Assembly (NCBI GenBank): GCA_964402425.1
Contig: CAYOCD010000006.1
Location: 1 to 56,417, forward strand
Length of the DNA stretch: 56,417 nt
Direction of reading: 5' to 3'
From: an uncultured Gammaproteobacteria bacterium
GTDB taxonomy: Bacteria > Patescibacteriota > Patescibacteriia > UBA9934 > GWF2-40-263
The first letter of the stretch is position 1; each line of letters begins with the position of its first letter. Positions 38,686 through 48,771 of this stretch are shown here, piece after piece. Below the pieces are notes generated by a model. It had not been told where the DNA came from. It saw only the letters and a list, made by a program, of their open reading frames with translations, and did no database searches. Both the position numbers and the translations under genes were made by a program.

Positions 38686-39609
38686 ATGCCATCATTCATC
38701 GTAGACGAACAACAAAATAAGAAACGTATAGACCAAGTTCTGGTCAGCGTTTTAAATATCTCGCGAGAGAAAATTCAAGCTCTGATTAAATCAGGAGAGG
38801 TAACCATCAACAACAAGGTACCTAAACCCCACACACCCGTTCACATAAACGACACTATTGTCTATCCGAAAATTTCTACCAAACCTCCAAAACAAGAAGT
38901 AAGCGATATTGAAATTCCCATTCTCTATGAAGATGACGATCTTCTTGTCATCAACAAACCTGCAGGACTTATTGTCCACAGAACAAATGAAATCGATGTT
39001 CGCCCAAGCGTTGCAGATCTTCTTGTAAAAAAATACAAAGGGATCAAAAAAGTTGGAGACAATCCCCTTCGTCCAGGAATCGTTCACCGACTCGACCGCG
39101 AAGTATCAGGTGTTATGGTCGTGGCAAAAACAAAAAAAATGTTCGAGTATTTGAAAAAACAATTTCAAGACAGAGAGGTTGAAAAAAAATATACCGCGCT
39201 TGTTTACGGGAAGCTCCCAAAAGAATTTGATGTTATCAAATTTGCAATCGCCCGATCAAAATCACAAGGTCGCATGGTGGCACGCACAGGTGATCAAGAA
39301 GGAAAAGAAGCTCTTACAGAATATGATGTCGTTGAGCGATTAAAAAACACAACCCTTGTTGATGTAAAAATTCACACAGGTCGCACACACCAAATTCGTG
39401 TTCATTTTCTTGCCATCGATCACCCTGTTGTTGGAGATCGCTTGTATCGCAAAAAATCCATGCGCCACACAAAAGAAAAAAATCTTGGTCGCCTCTTCTT
39501 GCACGCAAACAGCCTCACCGTCAAACTCGCAGATGGAAAAAAGAAAACAGTTAAAGCACCGTTACCAAAAGAACTGAAACAAATTCTCGACGCGCTTCCA
39601 CGCAAATAA
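38686..39609 (+). CDS. rluD: RluA-family 23S rRNA pseudouridine synthase with an N-terminal S4 domain
   Basis: Contains RIDQVL (S4 domain), HRLDREVSGVMVVAK and THQIRVHF. Confidence 0.88.
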   Translation: MPSFIVDEQQNKKRIDQVLVSVLNISREKIQALIKSGEVTINNKVPKPHTPVHINDTIVYPKISTKPPKQEVSDIEIPILYEDDDLLVINKPAGLIVHRTNEIDVRPSVADLLVKKYKGIKKVGDNPLRPGIVHRLDREVSGVMVVAKTKKMFEYLKKQFQDREVEKKYTALVYGKLPKEFDVIKFAIARSKSQGRMVARTGDQEGKEALTEYDVVERLKNTTLVDVKIHTGRTHQIRVHFLAIDHPVVGDRLYRKKSMRHTKEKNLGRLFLHANSLTVKLADGKKKTVKAPLPKELKQILDALPRK

Positions 39610-39647
39610 TTCCCTCCAACATCTCAGCCTCTCTCGCCTTCCCTACT

Positions 39648-40196
39648 ATGATCATCACCATTACAGGCGTTCCTGGCTCTGGCAAAACCACCATCGTGAA
39701 ACGTCTTTCCGAAACACTCGGAATTCCTTGGTACTCCGTTGGAAACCTCAGAGGGAAAATGGCGAAAGAACGTGGTTTAACGATTGATGAATTAAACACC
39801 CTTGGCGAAACAGAAGCATTTACAGACAAAGAAGTAGACGACTATCAAACAAACCTTGGAACATCCGGAGAATCGTTTATTATCGATGGTCGACTCTCTT
39901 GGTATTTTATTCCAAATTCCTTCAAAATTTTTCTCAACGTAAATCCAGATGTCAGTGCTAAACGCATCTATCAAGCATCCAAAAAAGGTGAACGCGATGA
40001 TGAAAAAGCCTACGGTTCCGTTGAAGAAGTAAAACAGTTCGTCACAGATCGTATTGCGTCTGACGAACGAAGATATCAAAAATACTACGGGGTTGATTTC
40101 CTCAACCGATCAAACTATGACCTTGTTTTGGATACCACCAACCTCACAACAGAAGAGGAAGTACGTATCATTCTTGAAAAAATACCCAAATCTTGA
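39648..40196 (+). CDS. cmk: Cytidylate kinase-like P-loop kinase (archaeal-type)
   Basis: Starts MIITITGVPGSGKTT and contains IIDGRLSWY. Its size and layout fit short cmk/AAA_17-type kinases. Confidence 0.6.
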   Translation: MIITITGVPGSGKTTIVKRLSETLGIPWYSVGNLRGKMAKERGLTIDELNTLGETEAFTDKEVDDYQTNLGTSGESFIIDGRLSWYFIPNSFKIFLNVNPDVSAKRIYQASKKGERDDEKAYGSVEEVKQFVTDRIASDERRYQKYYGVDFLNRSNYDLVLDTTNLTTEEEVRIILEKIPKS

Positions 40197-40306
40197 CGCA
40201 AAACTCAATATCCGCTATTATTTCGCCACATTCAATTGATGCGACTCATGAACACTGATCGGCCTTTTAGCCGATGTGGTCCTCTCAGCGCGCAATACAC
40301 ACATTT

Positions 40307-40756
40307 ATGACAACAGAAGAAACAACTCCTGTTGAAGCAACACCTGAAGAAGTCGTTGCTGAAACACCTGTCGTAGAGGAAGCTGTAGAAGTCATCCCTA
40401 CAAAAACAACAGAAGTTCGCTCCGGACAAACTGTACGCATCCACGAACGCATCAAAGACATTACTCCAAAAGGAGAAGTTCGTGAGCGTATCCAGATCTT
40501 TGAAGGAATCGTCCTCGGGATCAAAGGTGCAGGCCTCAGCCGAACCCTCACTATTCGCAAAATCAGTTCTGGTGGATTCGGTGTCGAAAAAATCTACCCA
40601 GTAAATTCCCCTGTTGTTTCCAAGATCGAACTTGTAAAAACAGCTAAGGTACGCCGCGCAAAACTTTCCTTCTTGCAAAATGCAAAGAGTGGATTCAAGC
40701 GCAAATTGAAAGAAACCTACGTTGATACAACAACAAAGAAAAAGAAAAAGAAATAA
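40307..40756 (+). CDS. rplS: 50S ribosomal protein L19 with an acidic N-terminal extension and a Lys-rich tail
   Basis: Contains VRSGQTVRIHERI..RIQIFEGIVLGIKGAGLSRTLTIRKIS.GGFGVEKIYPVNSP. The start is trimmed to MTTEETTP. Confidence 0.9.
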   Translation: MTTEETTPVEATPEEVVAETPVVEEAVEVIPTKTTEVRSGQTVRIHERIKDITPKGEVRERIQIFEGIVLGIKGAGLSRTLTIRKISSGGFGVEKIYPVNSPVVSKIELVKTAKVRRAKLSFLQNAKSGFKRKLKETYVDTTTKKKKKK

Positions 40757-40792
40757 AAAAAATAGTCCCGCCATGGCGGGACTATTTTTTTA
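40755..40792. terminator. Bidirectional terminator
   Basis: Palindrome ATAGTCCCGCCATGGCGGGACTAT flanked by A8 and T7 runs. Confidence 0.8.
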
Positions 40793-42337
40793 TATTGTTT
40801 TGAGTGATTGATGTGATTCAATATTGATTCCATTCTCATAACGCCACAGAAATGTAGGCAGTACTTCTGTAATTCCTTTATTCCATTGAGAACCGTAAAT
40901 TGTATTTGCAACGGTTTCAGAAACGATCCAGTGCAACGCACCATCATTTCCAACCATATATACACGCGAATCTCCAATAGCTTTTACGCGTTCACCAGGA
41001 ATCAATCCACCTTCAAATACTTTATCCGTTGGTCGAAATGAAAACGAAACGGAAAGAGTTGCTTGATAAATCGCTCCATCTTTTCCTTTCCAGATCACAT
41101 GAGAATCATCAGTTAAAACAGGATTGGTTCCATATCCGAGTTTTACCTGTTTTTGATTGGTTGTATTTTCATACCAAATGTTTCCTTGTACATCTGTTCC
41201 TACACGAACATCATTTTGCACATCCGACACAAGAAACGTTGTTTGAGTGAGAGTGTCTGAAGCAAAATCATATTTCCACGACCCTTTTGTTGTTGCAAAA
41301 TAAACCGCATCTTTTTCAAGATGAACAGAACCATCTTTCACAACAGGAAGTCCTCCAACAATTCCCTCAAGACCAACTGCGTGGAGCGTATGATTTACAT
41401 CCGTCCACACCATACGATCCCCAGCAATCTGTACATTTTGATTCACATCTTTATTCCAGCTCAACAAAGCATCTCCAGCGGATTGAGGTTCTGTATTGCT
41501 TTTAGGAGTATACGTGTACAAACGATAGTTTTGGAAAAACACAACCGTTCCATTTGAGAGAAAATGTGGAAACAAAATGTCTGCCTGTGGATCTGTCCAT
41601 GTATTTGGGATCGCGAACATGCCTTGTGAAGCCGAATCAATAAGCCAAAGTTGCTTATTTCCTCCTGAAAATTGAAGCTTCACAAGCAACTGATCATTAT
41701 AGGCATCCATCACTTGTTGCCACGGAGCTTTCAACACAGACGCAATGTTTCGCTCTTCATAAGATCCATCTTTTGATTTTGCCACAATGGAGCCTTGAAC
41801 TTTTTTTGTTTCATTATTTGATTGCAAAAGAGATGTGTACAAACGATCTCCTGAAGTTGAAAACGAAACAAAACTTAATTCGTCTGGCTTACGCGCAAGT
41901 GATGTGTATGGATGTGTTTCACCCGTGTTTGGATCCACGAACCAAACATCAATCCAATTATTCTTATTGGTTGATTTTGTAAAAAACACAAATTTTCCTT
42001 TCTGCGCCATAGCAAAAGACGGATTCAAAAATTGCTGATCAATACCTTGTAAAATCCGTGTTTTCCCATCTTTTAAAATCGAAAGATCGATTTTGTCACA
42101 CAACCCCAGATTGGAACATTGTATTGACGGGCTTGAAACAAACGCCATTCCATGGCGTTTCATAGGATCACTTACGGTTGCATTAAATGCCAAACGTTCT
42201 ACACGATGAGTAGATTCATCCCACGCACGATCTGCAAGCAGCGGCTTCCAAGAGGCTGTATCCGCAAAAACACGAGGGAGAATAGGTGAAATACCCGCTG
42301 CAATCACCAAAGAAGCGATCAATATTTTTTTAAGCAT
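40790..42337 (-). CDS. Hypothetical secreted protein (possibly beta-propeller-like)
   Basis: Signal peptide MLKKILIASLVIAAGISPILPRVFA/D on a 515-aa protein. I recognise no motif. Confidence 0.6.
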   Translation of the reverse strand: MLKKILIASLVIAAGISPILPRVFADTASWKPLLADRAWDESTHRVERLAFNATVSDPMKRHGMAFVSSPSIQCSNLGLCDKIDLSILKDGKTRILQGIDQQFLNPSFAMAQKGKFVFFTKSTNKNNWIDVWFVDPNTGETHPYTSLARKPDELSFVSFSTSGDRLYTSLLQSNNETKKVQGSIVAKSKDGSYEERNIASVLKAPWQQVMDAYNDQLLVKLQFSGGNKQLWLIDSASQGMFAIPNTWTDPQADILFPHFLSNGTVVFFQNYRLYTYTPKSNTEPQSAGDALLSWNKDVNQNVQIAGDRMVWTDVNHTLHAVGLEGIVGGLPVVKDGSVHLEKDAVYFATTKGSWKYDFASDTLTQTTFLVSDVQNDVRVGTDVQGNIWYENTTNQKQVKLGYGTNPVLTDDSHVIWKGKDGAIYQATLSVSFSFRPTDKVFEGGLIPGERVKAIGDSRVYMVGNDGALHWIVSETVANTIYGSQWNKGITEVLPTFLWRYENGINIESHQSLKTI

Positions 42338-42433
42338 AGATGAAAGAGATAGAAAGAGCTTTAAAGCCCTTTATCTTCTTATAAATAACAATCAATAATA
42401 GCAGAAAAAGTGATTTTGTCAAGATTTCTACAC

Positions 42434-42461
42434 AAAAAACGGGGTTTTTGCCCCGTTTTTT
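42434..42461 (-). terminator. Terminator after uvrA
   Basis: Stem AAAACGGGG/CCCCGTTTT immediately after the uvrA stop. Confidence 0.75.
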
Positions 42462-42463
42462 GA

Positions 42464-45340
42464 TTATGAGAGAACAGACTTCAAATATTTGCCTGTAATA
42501 CTTTCTTTCACTTTTACAACATCCTTTGGAGTTCCCTCAGCTACAAGTCTTCCCCCTTTGATTCCCCCTTCAGGTCCCATATCAACAATCCAGTCTGCTC
42601 CTTTAATAACATCTAAGTTGTGCTCAATGATGACAACAGTATTCCCTTTATCTACGAGCATATGAAGAACACCGAGAAGGCGCTTAATATCCTCAAAATG
42701 AAGTCCTGTCGTAGGTTCATCGAGAATGTAGAGTGTGCGTCCCGTCGCACGACGAGAGAGCTCTGTAGAGAGCTTCACGCGTTGCGCTTCTCCTCCGGAC
42801 AATGTTGTCGCCGATTGTCCAAGACGAATATATCCAAGACCAACCTCATGAAGCACATCGAGCTTCTCAAAAATAGAGGTTTGATCCGCAAAGAAACGTC
42901 GTGCTTCTTCAACGGTCATGTTCAAAATATCTGAAATATTTTTTTGTTTGTAGTGAACTTCGAGCACCTCTTGGTTATAACGTGTTCCACGACATTCCGT
43001 ACATTCAACATAAACGTCCGGTAAGAATTGCATTTCAATACGACGCACTCCATCTCCCGCACACGTCTCACATCGACCTCCACCCTTTACGTTAAAACTA
43101 AATTTACCTGCATCAAAATTTCGCATCTTTGCTTCTGGAACTTCTGTATACAAATCACGAATCGCGGTAAAAACTCCTGTGTATGTTGCGGGATTCGAAC
43201 GTGGAGTTCGACCAATTGGAGACTGGTCAACCGCAACAACTTTATCAATGTGCTCAATCCCTTTAATGGACTTATGTGCACCTGGATATTCTTTCGCACG
43301 ATAAAAATGTTTTGAAAGTGACTTACCAAGAATATCAAGAATAAGTGTCGATTTTCCGGATCCAGAAACCCCCGTGATACAAACAAGTTTTCCTAGTGGA
43401 ATTGAAACATTTACATTTTGTAAGTTAAACGCCGTTGCCCCAACAATATCGATCGATTTTCCGTTTCCTTTACGATATTTTTTTGGAAGAGGAATAGATC
43501 GATCCCCAGACAAATATAAACCGGTCAATGAATGTTTGTTCTTTTTAATTTGAGCCGCTGTTCCTTCTGCCACGATCTCCCCTCCATACTCCCCTGCCCC
43601 CGGACCGACATCGAACACATAATCTGCTGCTTGAATCATGGCTTCATCATGCTCCACAACAATCACCGAGTTTCCAAATTCTTGCAGACGACGAATCGTT
43701 TGAATCAAGCGATCATTGTCTCGTGGATGCAATCCAATGGAAGGCTCATCGAGAATGTAAATGACGCCAGAAAGTCCAGAACCAAGTTGAGAAGCGAGGC
43801 GCACACGCTGTGCCTCACCCCCAGAGAGCGTCATCGCGGAACGATCGAGCGTAAGATATCCAAGTCCGACTTCTGTGAGCTGTGCTAAACGAGCACACAC
43901 TTCTTTCCCAACACGCTCTGTCACTAATTGTTCGTCACTTGAAAGATTGCTTGTTAAATTTTGTTTTTCCTCTTTTTTTCCTTTTCCACCCCTCTTCTCT
44001 TCCTTTCCTAACATTCCTTCAAAAAATCCTTTTACATCTTCAACAGGCATGTTCACAATATCTGCGATGGATTTTTCAGCAATTGTGATGGCAAGCACGG
44101 CTGGTTGCAGACGTTTTCCAGAACATCCAGGACAAATCATGCGACGCATGTAACCTTCAAGTTCTGATCGGACATAATCCGAATCAGTTTCACGGTATTT
44201 TAATTCAAGCTGCGCAAGCACTCCCGGAAATACAATTTCTTGACCATCAAAAGAATAAAGTTCAGAACCGGTTCCATACAAAATCACGTCCATTTTTTGT
44301 TTTGGAATTTTTTCAACAGGAATATCAAGTGGAATTTTGTGTTTCTTTCCAACAAGATCAAGCATGCGTAAATAACTGGTTTGATTCCCAGCGATTTTGG
44401 ACCACGGACGAATAGCTCCTTCTTCAAGTGTTAAGCGACCGTTTGGAATAACCAATTCTGGTTCGAGTACCAATTTTTCTCCAAGCCCAGTACATTCTGT
44501 ACAAGCACCATAAGGTGAATTGAATGAAAAAAGGCGCGGCTCTGGTTTTGGTAAATTCAATCCACAATGCACACACATGAAACTTTGAGAAAATGAACGT
44601 TCATCCCCTGTTTCATCATTCACAACCGTAACAAATCCATTTCCATACTCAAGAGCTTTTTTCATCATTTGTGTAATGTGATCTTTTGAATAGGATTGTC
44701 CTCCTTGAAACGCAAAAATAAGAACATCTAAATCATGATCTTTCTTTTTATCTTTACGCATGTTAATCGCCTCTTCTGTATCAATAACAAGTCCATCATA
44801 ACGAACACGTGTAAAACCGGCATTCAAAGCCGCTTGTAAAACGTGTTTATGTTCTCCTTTTTGTTTTTGAACAACCGGTGCAAAAAGCAACAACGTATCT
44901 TTTCCAAGAGACCCTTCAACAATTTTACTCATTTGCTCAAGGGTTTGTTCTTGAACAATCGCACCGCATGTTGGACAGTGCGGACGTCCTGCGCGAGCGA
45001 ATAAGACACGCAAAAAATCATAAATCTCTGTCACGGTTCCAACGGTTGAGCGCGGATTGTGCGAAGAAGATTTTTGATCAATAGCGATGGTTGGAGAAAG
45101 TCCAAGCATTTCATCTACGTCTGGCTTGTCTTGGAGTTCAAGAAACTGTCGAGCATAACTCGAAAGTGATTCCATGTAGCGACGTTGTCCTTCTGCATAA
45201 ATCGTATCAAACGCAAGGGAAGATTTTCCGGACCCAGAAAGTCCCGTAATAACAACGAGTTTATTTTTTGGAATGTTCACGTCAATATTCTTCAAGTTGT
45301 GAACGCGCGCACCACGAATGGAAATGTATTCTTGAGGCAT
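42464..45340 (-). CDS. uvrA: Excinuclease ABC subunit A
   Basis: Starts [32 protein letters not shown] and has two ABC modules and zinc-finger cysteines. Confidence 0.97.
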   Translation of the reverse strand: MPQEYISIRGARVHNLKNIDVNIPKNKLVVITGLSGSGKSSLAFDTIYAEGQRRYMESLSSYARQFLELQDKPDVDEMLGLSPTIAIDQKSSSHNPRSTVGTVTEIYDFLRVLFARAGRPHCPTCGAIVQEQTLEQMSKIVEGSLGKDTLLLFAPVVQKQKGEHKHVLQAALNAGFTRVRYDGLVIDTEEAINMRKDKKKDHDLDVLIFAFQGGQSYSKDHITQMMKKALEYGNGFVTVVNDETGDERSFSQSFMCVHCGLNLPKPEPRLFSFNSPYGACTECTGLGEKLVLEPELVIPNGRLTLEEGAIRPWSKIAGNQTSYLRMLDLVGKKHKIPLDIPVEKIPKQKMDVILYGTGSELYSFDGQEIVFPGVLAQLELKYRETDSDYVRSELEGYMRRMICPGCSGKRLQPAVLAITIAEKSIADIVNMPVEDVKGFFEGMLGKEEKRGGKGKKEEKQNLTSNLSSDEQLVTERVGKEVCARLAQLTEVGLGYLTLDRSAMTLSGGEAQRVRLASQLGSGLSGVIYILDEPSIGLHPRDNDRLIQTIRRLQEFGNSVIVVEHDEAMIQAADYVFDVGPGAGEYGGEIVAEGTAAQIKKNKHSLTGLYLSGDRSIPLPKKYRKGNGKSIDIVGATAFNLQNVNVSIPLGKLVCITGVSGSGKSTLILDILGKSLSKHFYRAKEYPGAHKSIKGIEHIDKVVAVDQSPIGRTPRSNPATYTGVFTAIRDLYTEVPEAKMRNFDAGKFSFNVKGGGRCETCAGDGVRRIEMQFLPDVYVECTECRGTRYNQEVLEVHYKQKNISDILNMTVEEARRFFADQTSIFEKLDVLHEVGLGYIRLGQSATTLSGGEAQRVKLSTELSRRATGRTLYILDEPTTGLHFEDIKRLLGVLHMLVDKGNTVVIIEHNLDVIKGADWIVDMGPEGGIKGGRLVAEGTPKDVVKVKESITGKYLKSVLS

Positions 45341-45379
45341 AGAAAGAGGACAAATAAATCGTCTGCGACTCTAACACGG

Positions 45380-45416
45380 AAAACAAAAAGGAGCAAGCCT
45401 CAGGGGCTGCTCCTTT
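45380..45416 (-). terminator. Terminator after the pilin-like gene
   Basis: Stem AAGGAGCA/TGCTCCTT followed by a T-rich tail on the minus strand. Confidence 0.55.
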
Positions 45417-45423
45417 TCCGCTT

Positions 45424-47382
45424 TTAATCACACGAATCCTGACCAACAGTATCTCCATCAAATTTACAGGCTGCTTCTCCTTCAATTGCGGCAGCTCCGC
45501 ACGGATCTTCTTTACAAATTTTTTCAAGAGTAATCTCGCCAGAACTAAAATCATCAAGTGTACCATTATCCTCACCACTTTCTACCAACATATCATCATA
45601 TGCATCACATGCATTCGACTTAAAGGTGACATTCTTAACTTTTTTACAATCAATCGTTAACAAAGCACATGTTGGACCGTCCGCATCTGAATCCGTTGTG
45701 AACGCGCATGTACTTCCAGAAATTTTATCTTTTAATTGCCCACATACAGCAGAACTTGGAAGCAATGGCACATCTTCCCCAAGTAATTCATTATCCTTAA
45801 AAATTTCTTTACAACTTGTACAAACCGAGTGCTTACCATAAGTTACACATCCATAACCAGGCTTTTTGGGACACGTCACTGGATCACAAGTCTTTGGTTT
45901 AAGTGGTCCAGAATCAATACAATTACTCATTATTTTTGCTGTATCATCATATTTACAATCCGTTTCAACCAAACCCCCTTTTAATGCTGAACATGGATTT
46001 TCTGCACAAACAGACTGAATCGTTATTTTTCCTGAAACCATGCCCTCTTGTATTTTTTCAAGGTTTGTTGTGGTGAATCCTGTCTGAAATTGAGGTGTTG
46101 TATCGTAATCTTTACACTCCTTAATTTTTTTACAATCAATCGTTACGGCACCACATGCACCCACAACAATACGATCTATGTCTTCCGCTTGTGCAGTTCC
46201 GGAACTCGACAAAGCAGCCGTTAAAGCCGTTAATCCCCAACCAGCAGGTGTTGTTGTTAAAAACGCATTTTTTGCTACTGTCCATGTAGGACTTACAAAC
46301 AATGCATCCGTATCATGCGTATAAGAACAATAATTAATCGTGGACAAATCTTTACCATCTACTTTTGTAGTAGTTGTATCAAGACTTAGTTGGCTGCACA
46401 AATCTTCAGAAGGCTTGATATTTGGAATACCAGGAATAACAGCTGTACACGCCAAACACTTAGCATCCGCTCCTGTTCCGAGACACCCCTCTGCAGCATT
46501 TGGACATTTTTTATAATCACAAGATGTTGCCCCCGCAACAGATCCACCATCTTTTTTTGACATGATTTTTCCAGACGTTCCGCATTTCTTTTGATCTGCT
46601 GGAATATCACTTCCGTCAATAGCTTTAATAATGTATTCCGCTTCCATTGTTTCACAGGATGTTGCGGTCACTAAATCAACACGCTTCACCATTGGAAATT
46701 TTGGTACCTTTAATTTAATCAAATAAGGATTAATGGTTGCAGCAATCAGATTAACACAAAGAAGCAAAACAAATCCTGTCACACCATTTTTTATCCGCTC
46801 CTTTCCTTTTGAAACACCATCTTTTGAACTCGCACCAAGTGTATATTGAAGTCCCCCAACCATGACCATCACAATCGCAAGCACCATTCCTCCGTTGATA
46901 ATAAAGTTGAACAAAGATTCAATGTAATCTCCAATATTTCCCGTGATCGTGAGTGGACTTGATGGATTCGTTGGGTTTGGAATAGCAACATTTAATTTTA
47001 CTTTTTCTGCTTTCGCCGGATCCGGGAAGCAGTAACTTTGCCCAGGAATACAATCTACCGCTTGTTTTGTATCCAAAACACCGTTTTGTTTTGTACAAAT
47101 ATCTTTTGTAAAACAATAGGCACTTCTTTCAGGAAGCTGATCAACGGTGAATGCACATGCTGCCACACGTTCATCTACTTTTTTACACGCAGCTGTACAC
47201 GCATCTTGTCCCAAGGCAGACGGAAGCTTAATTGCTCCTCCTTTTGAAGTACACCAACAACCGGCCGTACATACTTTTTCCGCCGCAGCAGTTGGTGCTG
47301 GCTCTACCGCGAGTGCAGGTGTTGGCGCAACGTGTGCAAAAAATGATACGAGAAAGAACAAGAAAAATTTCAAACGATTCAT
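45424..47382 (-). CDS. Cys-rich surface protein built around a VirB2/T4SS-pilin-like two-TM hairpin
   Basis: Signal peptide ...HVAPTPALA/VEP is followed by a Cys-rich domain of about 120 aa. The hairpin is IESLFNFIINGGMVLAIVMVMVGGLQYTLGASSKDGVSKGKERIKNGVTGFVLLLCVNLIAATI. A 430-aa Cys-rich C-terminal region follows, containing a duplicated IDCKK module. Confidence 0.8.
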   Translation of the reverse strand: MNRLKFFLFFLVSFFAHVAPTPALAVEPAPTAAAEKVCTAGCWCTSKGGAIKLPSALGQDACTAACKKVDERVAACAFTVDQLPERSAYCFTKDICTKQNGVLDTKQAVDCIPGQSYCFPDPAKAEKVKLNVAIPNPTNPSSPLTITGNIGDYIESLFNFIINGGMVLAIVMVMVGGLQYTLGASSKDGVSKGKERIKNGVTGFVLLLCVNLIAATINPYLIKLKVPKFPMVKRVDLVTATSCETMEAEYIIKAIDGSDIPADQKKCGTSGKIMSKKDGGSVAGATSCDYKKCPNAAEGCLGTGADAKCLACTAVIPGIPNIKPSEDLCSQLSLDTTTTKVDGKDLSTINYCSYTHDTDALFVSPTWTVAKNAFLTTTPAGWGLTALTAALSSSGTAQAEDIDRIVVGACGAVTIDCKKIKECKDYDTTPQFQTGFTTTNLEKIQEGMVSGKITIQSVCAENPCSALKGGLVETDCKYDDTAKIMSNCIDSGPLKPKTCDPVTCPKKPGYGCVTYGKHSVCTSCKEIFKDNELLGEDVPLLPSSAVCGQLKDKISGSTCAFTTDSDADGPTCALLTIDCKKVKNVTFKSNACDAYDDMLVESGEDNGTLDDFSSGEITLEKICKEDPCGAAAIEGEAACKFDGDTVGQDSCD

Positions 47383-47394
47383 ACATCTCGGATA

Positions 47395-48129
47395 TTATTT
47401 TTGTTGTGCACCAACAGACACAATCACGTTCTCAAGAATATTTTGCGGAATAGATCCGGGAATACGATTCCCATTAATAAAAAACGTTGGGGTTCCACGA
47501 ACTCCCGCCGCAAGACCATCTTGATAATCTTGTTGAACTTGTTTTGTGTACGTTTGTGCCGAAAAACACGCTCGAAAACGATCGACATTCAAATTCAACT
47601 GGGTGGCAAACTGCTCAAAAGAAGCCTCTTCAAGTGAATCTTGATTTTGATAGATCTTGTCATGATATTCCCAAAACCTTCCTTGTTCATGAGCGCACGC
47701 AGCTGCCTCTGACGCTGTTTGTGCAAGCGGATGTAACTCAATCAATGGAAAATCTCTATAAATATACTGAAATTGATTTGGATATTTTGTAGCAAGAGAA
47801 CGCATAACAAAACTAGATGTCCGAGAAAACGGACAACCAAAATCTGCAAACTCAACAATGGTAATAGGCGCATTCACATTTCCAAGTGTTGGTCGATTCT
47901 TTAGAGCAACATCAAATACCTGATCCTTTACCGGTTCGGATGCAAGTTTTGTTATCGTTGAAACCGTTTGCGAAAAATTCAAATCAGAAAGATTCAAACT
48001 TCCGTTTCTGATTTGATTTGTAAAAAAAACAATCCGCCAAACAAATATACCAAGCAAAAAAAGAACAACGAGGGTCACCATCGTTCCAATCCAGCCACGC
48101 TTCTTGTGAATCGAAATTTCTTCTTGCAT
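47395..48129 (-). CDS. Membrane-anchored DsbA-like thioredoxin-fold protein with a CPFS (monothiol) active site
   Basis: Contains ITIVEFADFGCPFSR ... GVRGTPTFFINGNRIPG (cis-Pro loop) and an N-terminal TM segment. The track start is 48159; the alternative MQEEISIHKK at 48129 is used here. Confidence 0.8.
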   Translation of the reverse strand: MQEEISIHKKRGWIGTMVTLVVLFLLGIFVWRIVFFTNQIRNGSLNLSDLNFSQTVSTITKLASEPVKDQVFDVALKNRPTLGNVNAPITIVEFADFGCPFSRTSSFVMRSLATKYPNQFQYIYRDFPLIELHPLAQTASEAAACAHEQGRFWEYHDKIYQNQDSLEEASFEQFATQLNLNVDRFRACFSAQTYTKQVQQDYQDGLAAGVRGTPTFFINGNRIPGSIPQNILENVIVSVGAQQK

Positions 48130-48170
48130 AAAGACACATGTATACAGAAAGTATATCATAAAATCATCCT

Positions 48171-48344
48171 ATGCGAGATAAAAATAACACACAGACACAA
48201 GAAGAGGCTCAAGAAAATGAACGAGTAAAACGTCGTCGTGTGAAACGCCACCCTAAAATGAAAATGTCCGGAAAAGGAATGAAACGTTTTGTCTCACCCA
48301 CCAACAAGCAAGCAAACCCAAAAAAACCGCCCATGAACGGTTGA
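48171..48344 (+). CDS. Small highly basic protein (57 aa, below the track threshold)
   Basis: Sequence MRDKNNTQTQEEAQENERVKRRRVKRHPKMKMSGKGMKRFVSPTNKQANPKKPPMNG. Coding status is uncertain. Confidence 0.3.
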   Translation: MRDKNNTQTQEEAQENERVKRRRVKRHPKMKMSGKGMKRFVSPTNKQANPKKPPMNG

Positions 48345-48378
48345 CGATTGGGCCTCATTTTGATAAACTGCTTGTGCT

Positions 48379-48600
48379 ATGAACATCTCATTGATTCTCA
48401 AGATTACACAGGTCGTCCTCGCCGTATTCCTTATTGTCTCTATTTTATTGCAATCACGCGGATCCGGAATCGGAGCTGCCTTTGGTGGAGGCGGAAACGT
48501 CTATCGCACAAAGCGCGGGGCAGAGAAAAAACTGTTTCAAATCACCATTTTAATCGCCATTCTCTTTTTTGGCGTCTCTCTTGCTGGTATCCTTTTGTAA
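48379..48600 (+). CDS. secG: Preprotein translocase subunit SecG
   Basis: Two TM segments and the motif LLQSRGSGIGAAFGGGG. Confidence 0.85.
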   Translation: MNISLILKITQVVLAVFLIVSILLQSRGSGIGAAFGGGGNVYRTKRGAEKKLFQITILIAILFFGVSLAGILL

Positions 48601-48771
48601 AGGCGGACTTATTCTTCATTCCGCAACATCTTTACGTTTACTCGTTTTTTCAAATCCTCAAAGAATCCGGAAGCACACCCAACAAAAAACCTGGCCCTTC
48701 GCCAGGTTCTTTCTGTCACAAAACCTCGAAAATTTCCAACATGGAAACAATGGGAACAGCTTCCAAGCGTC

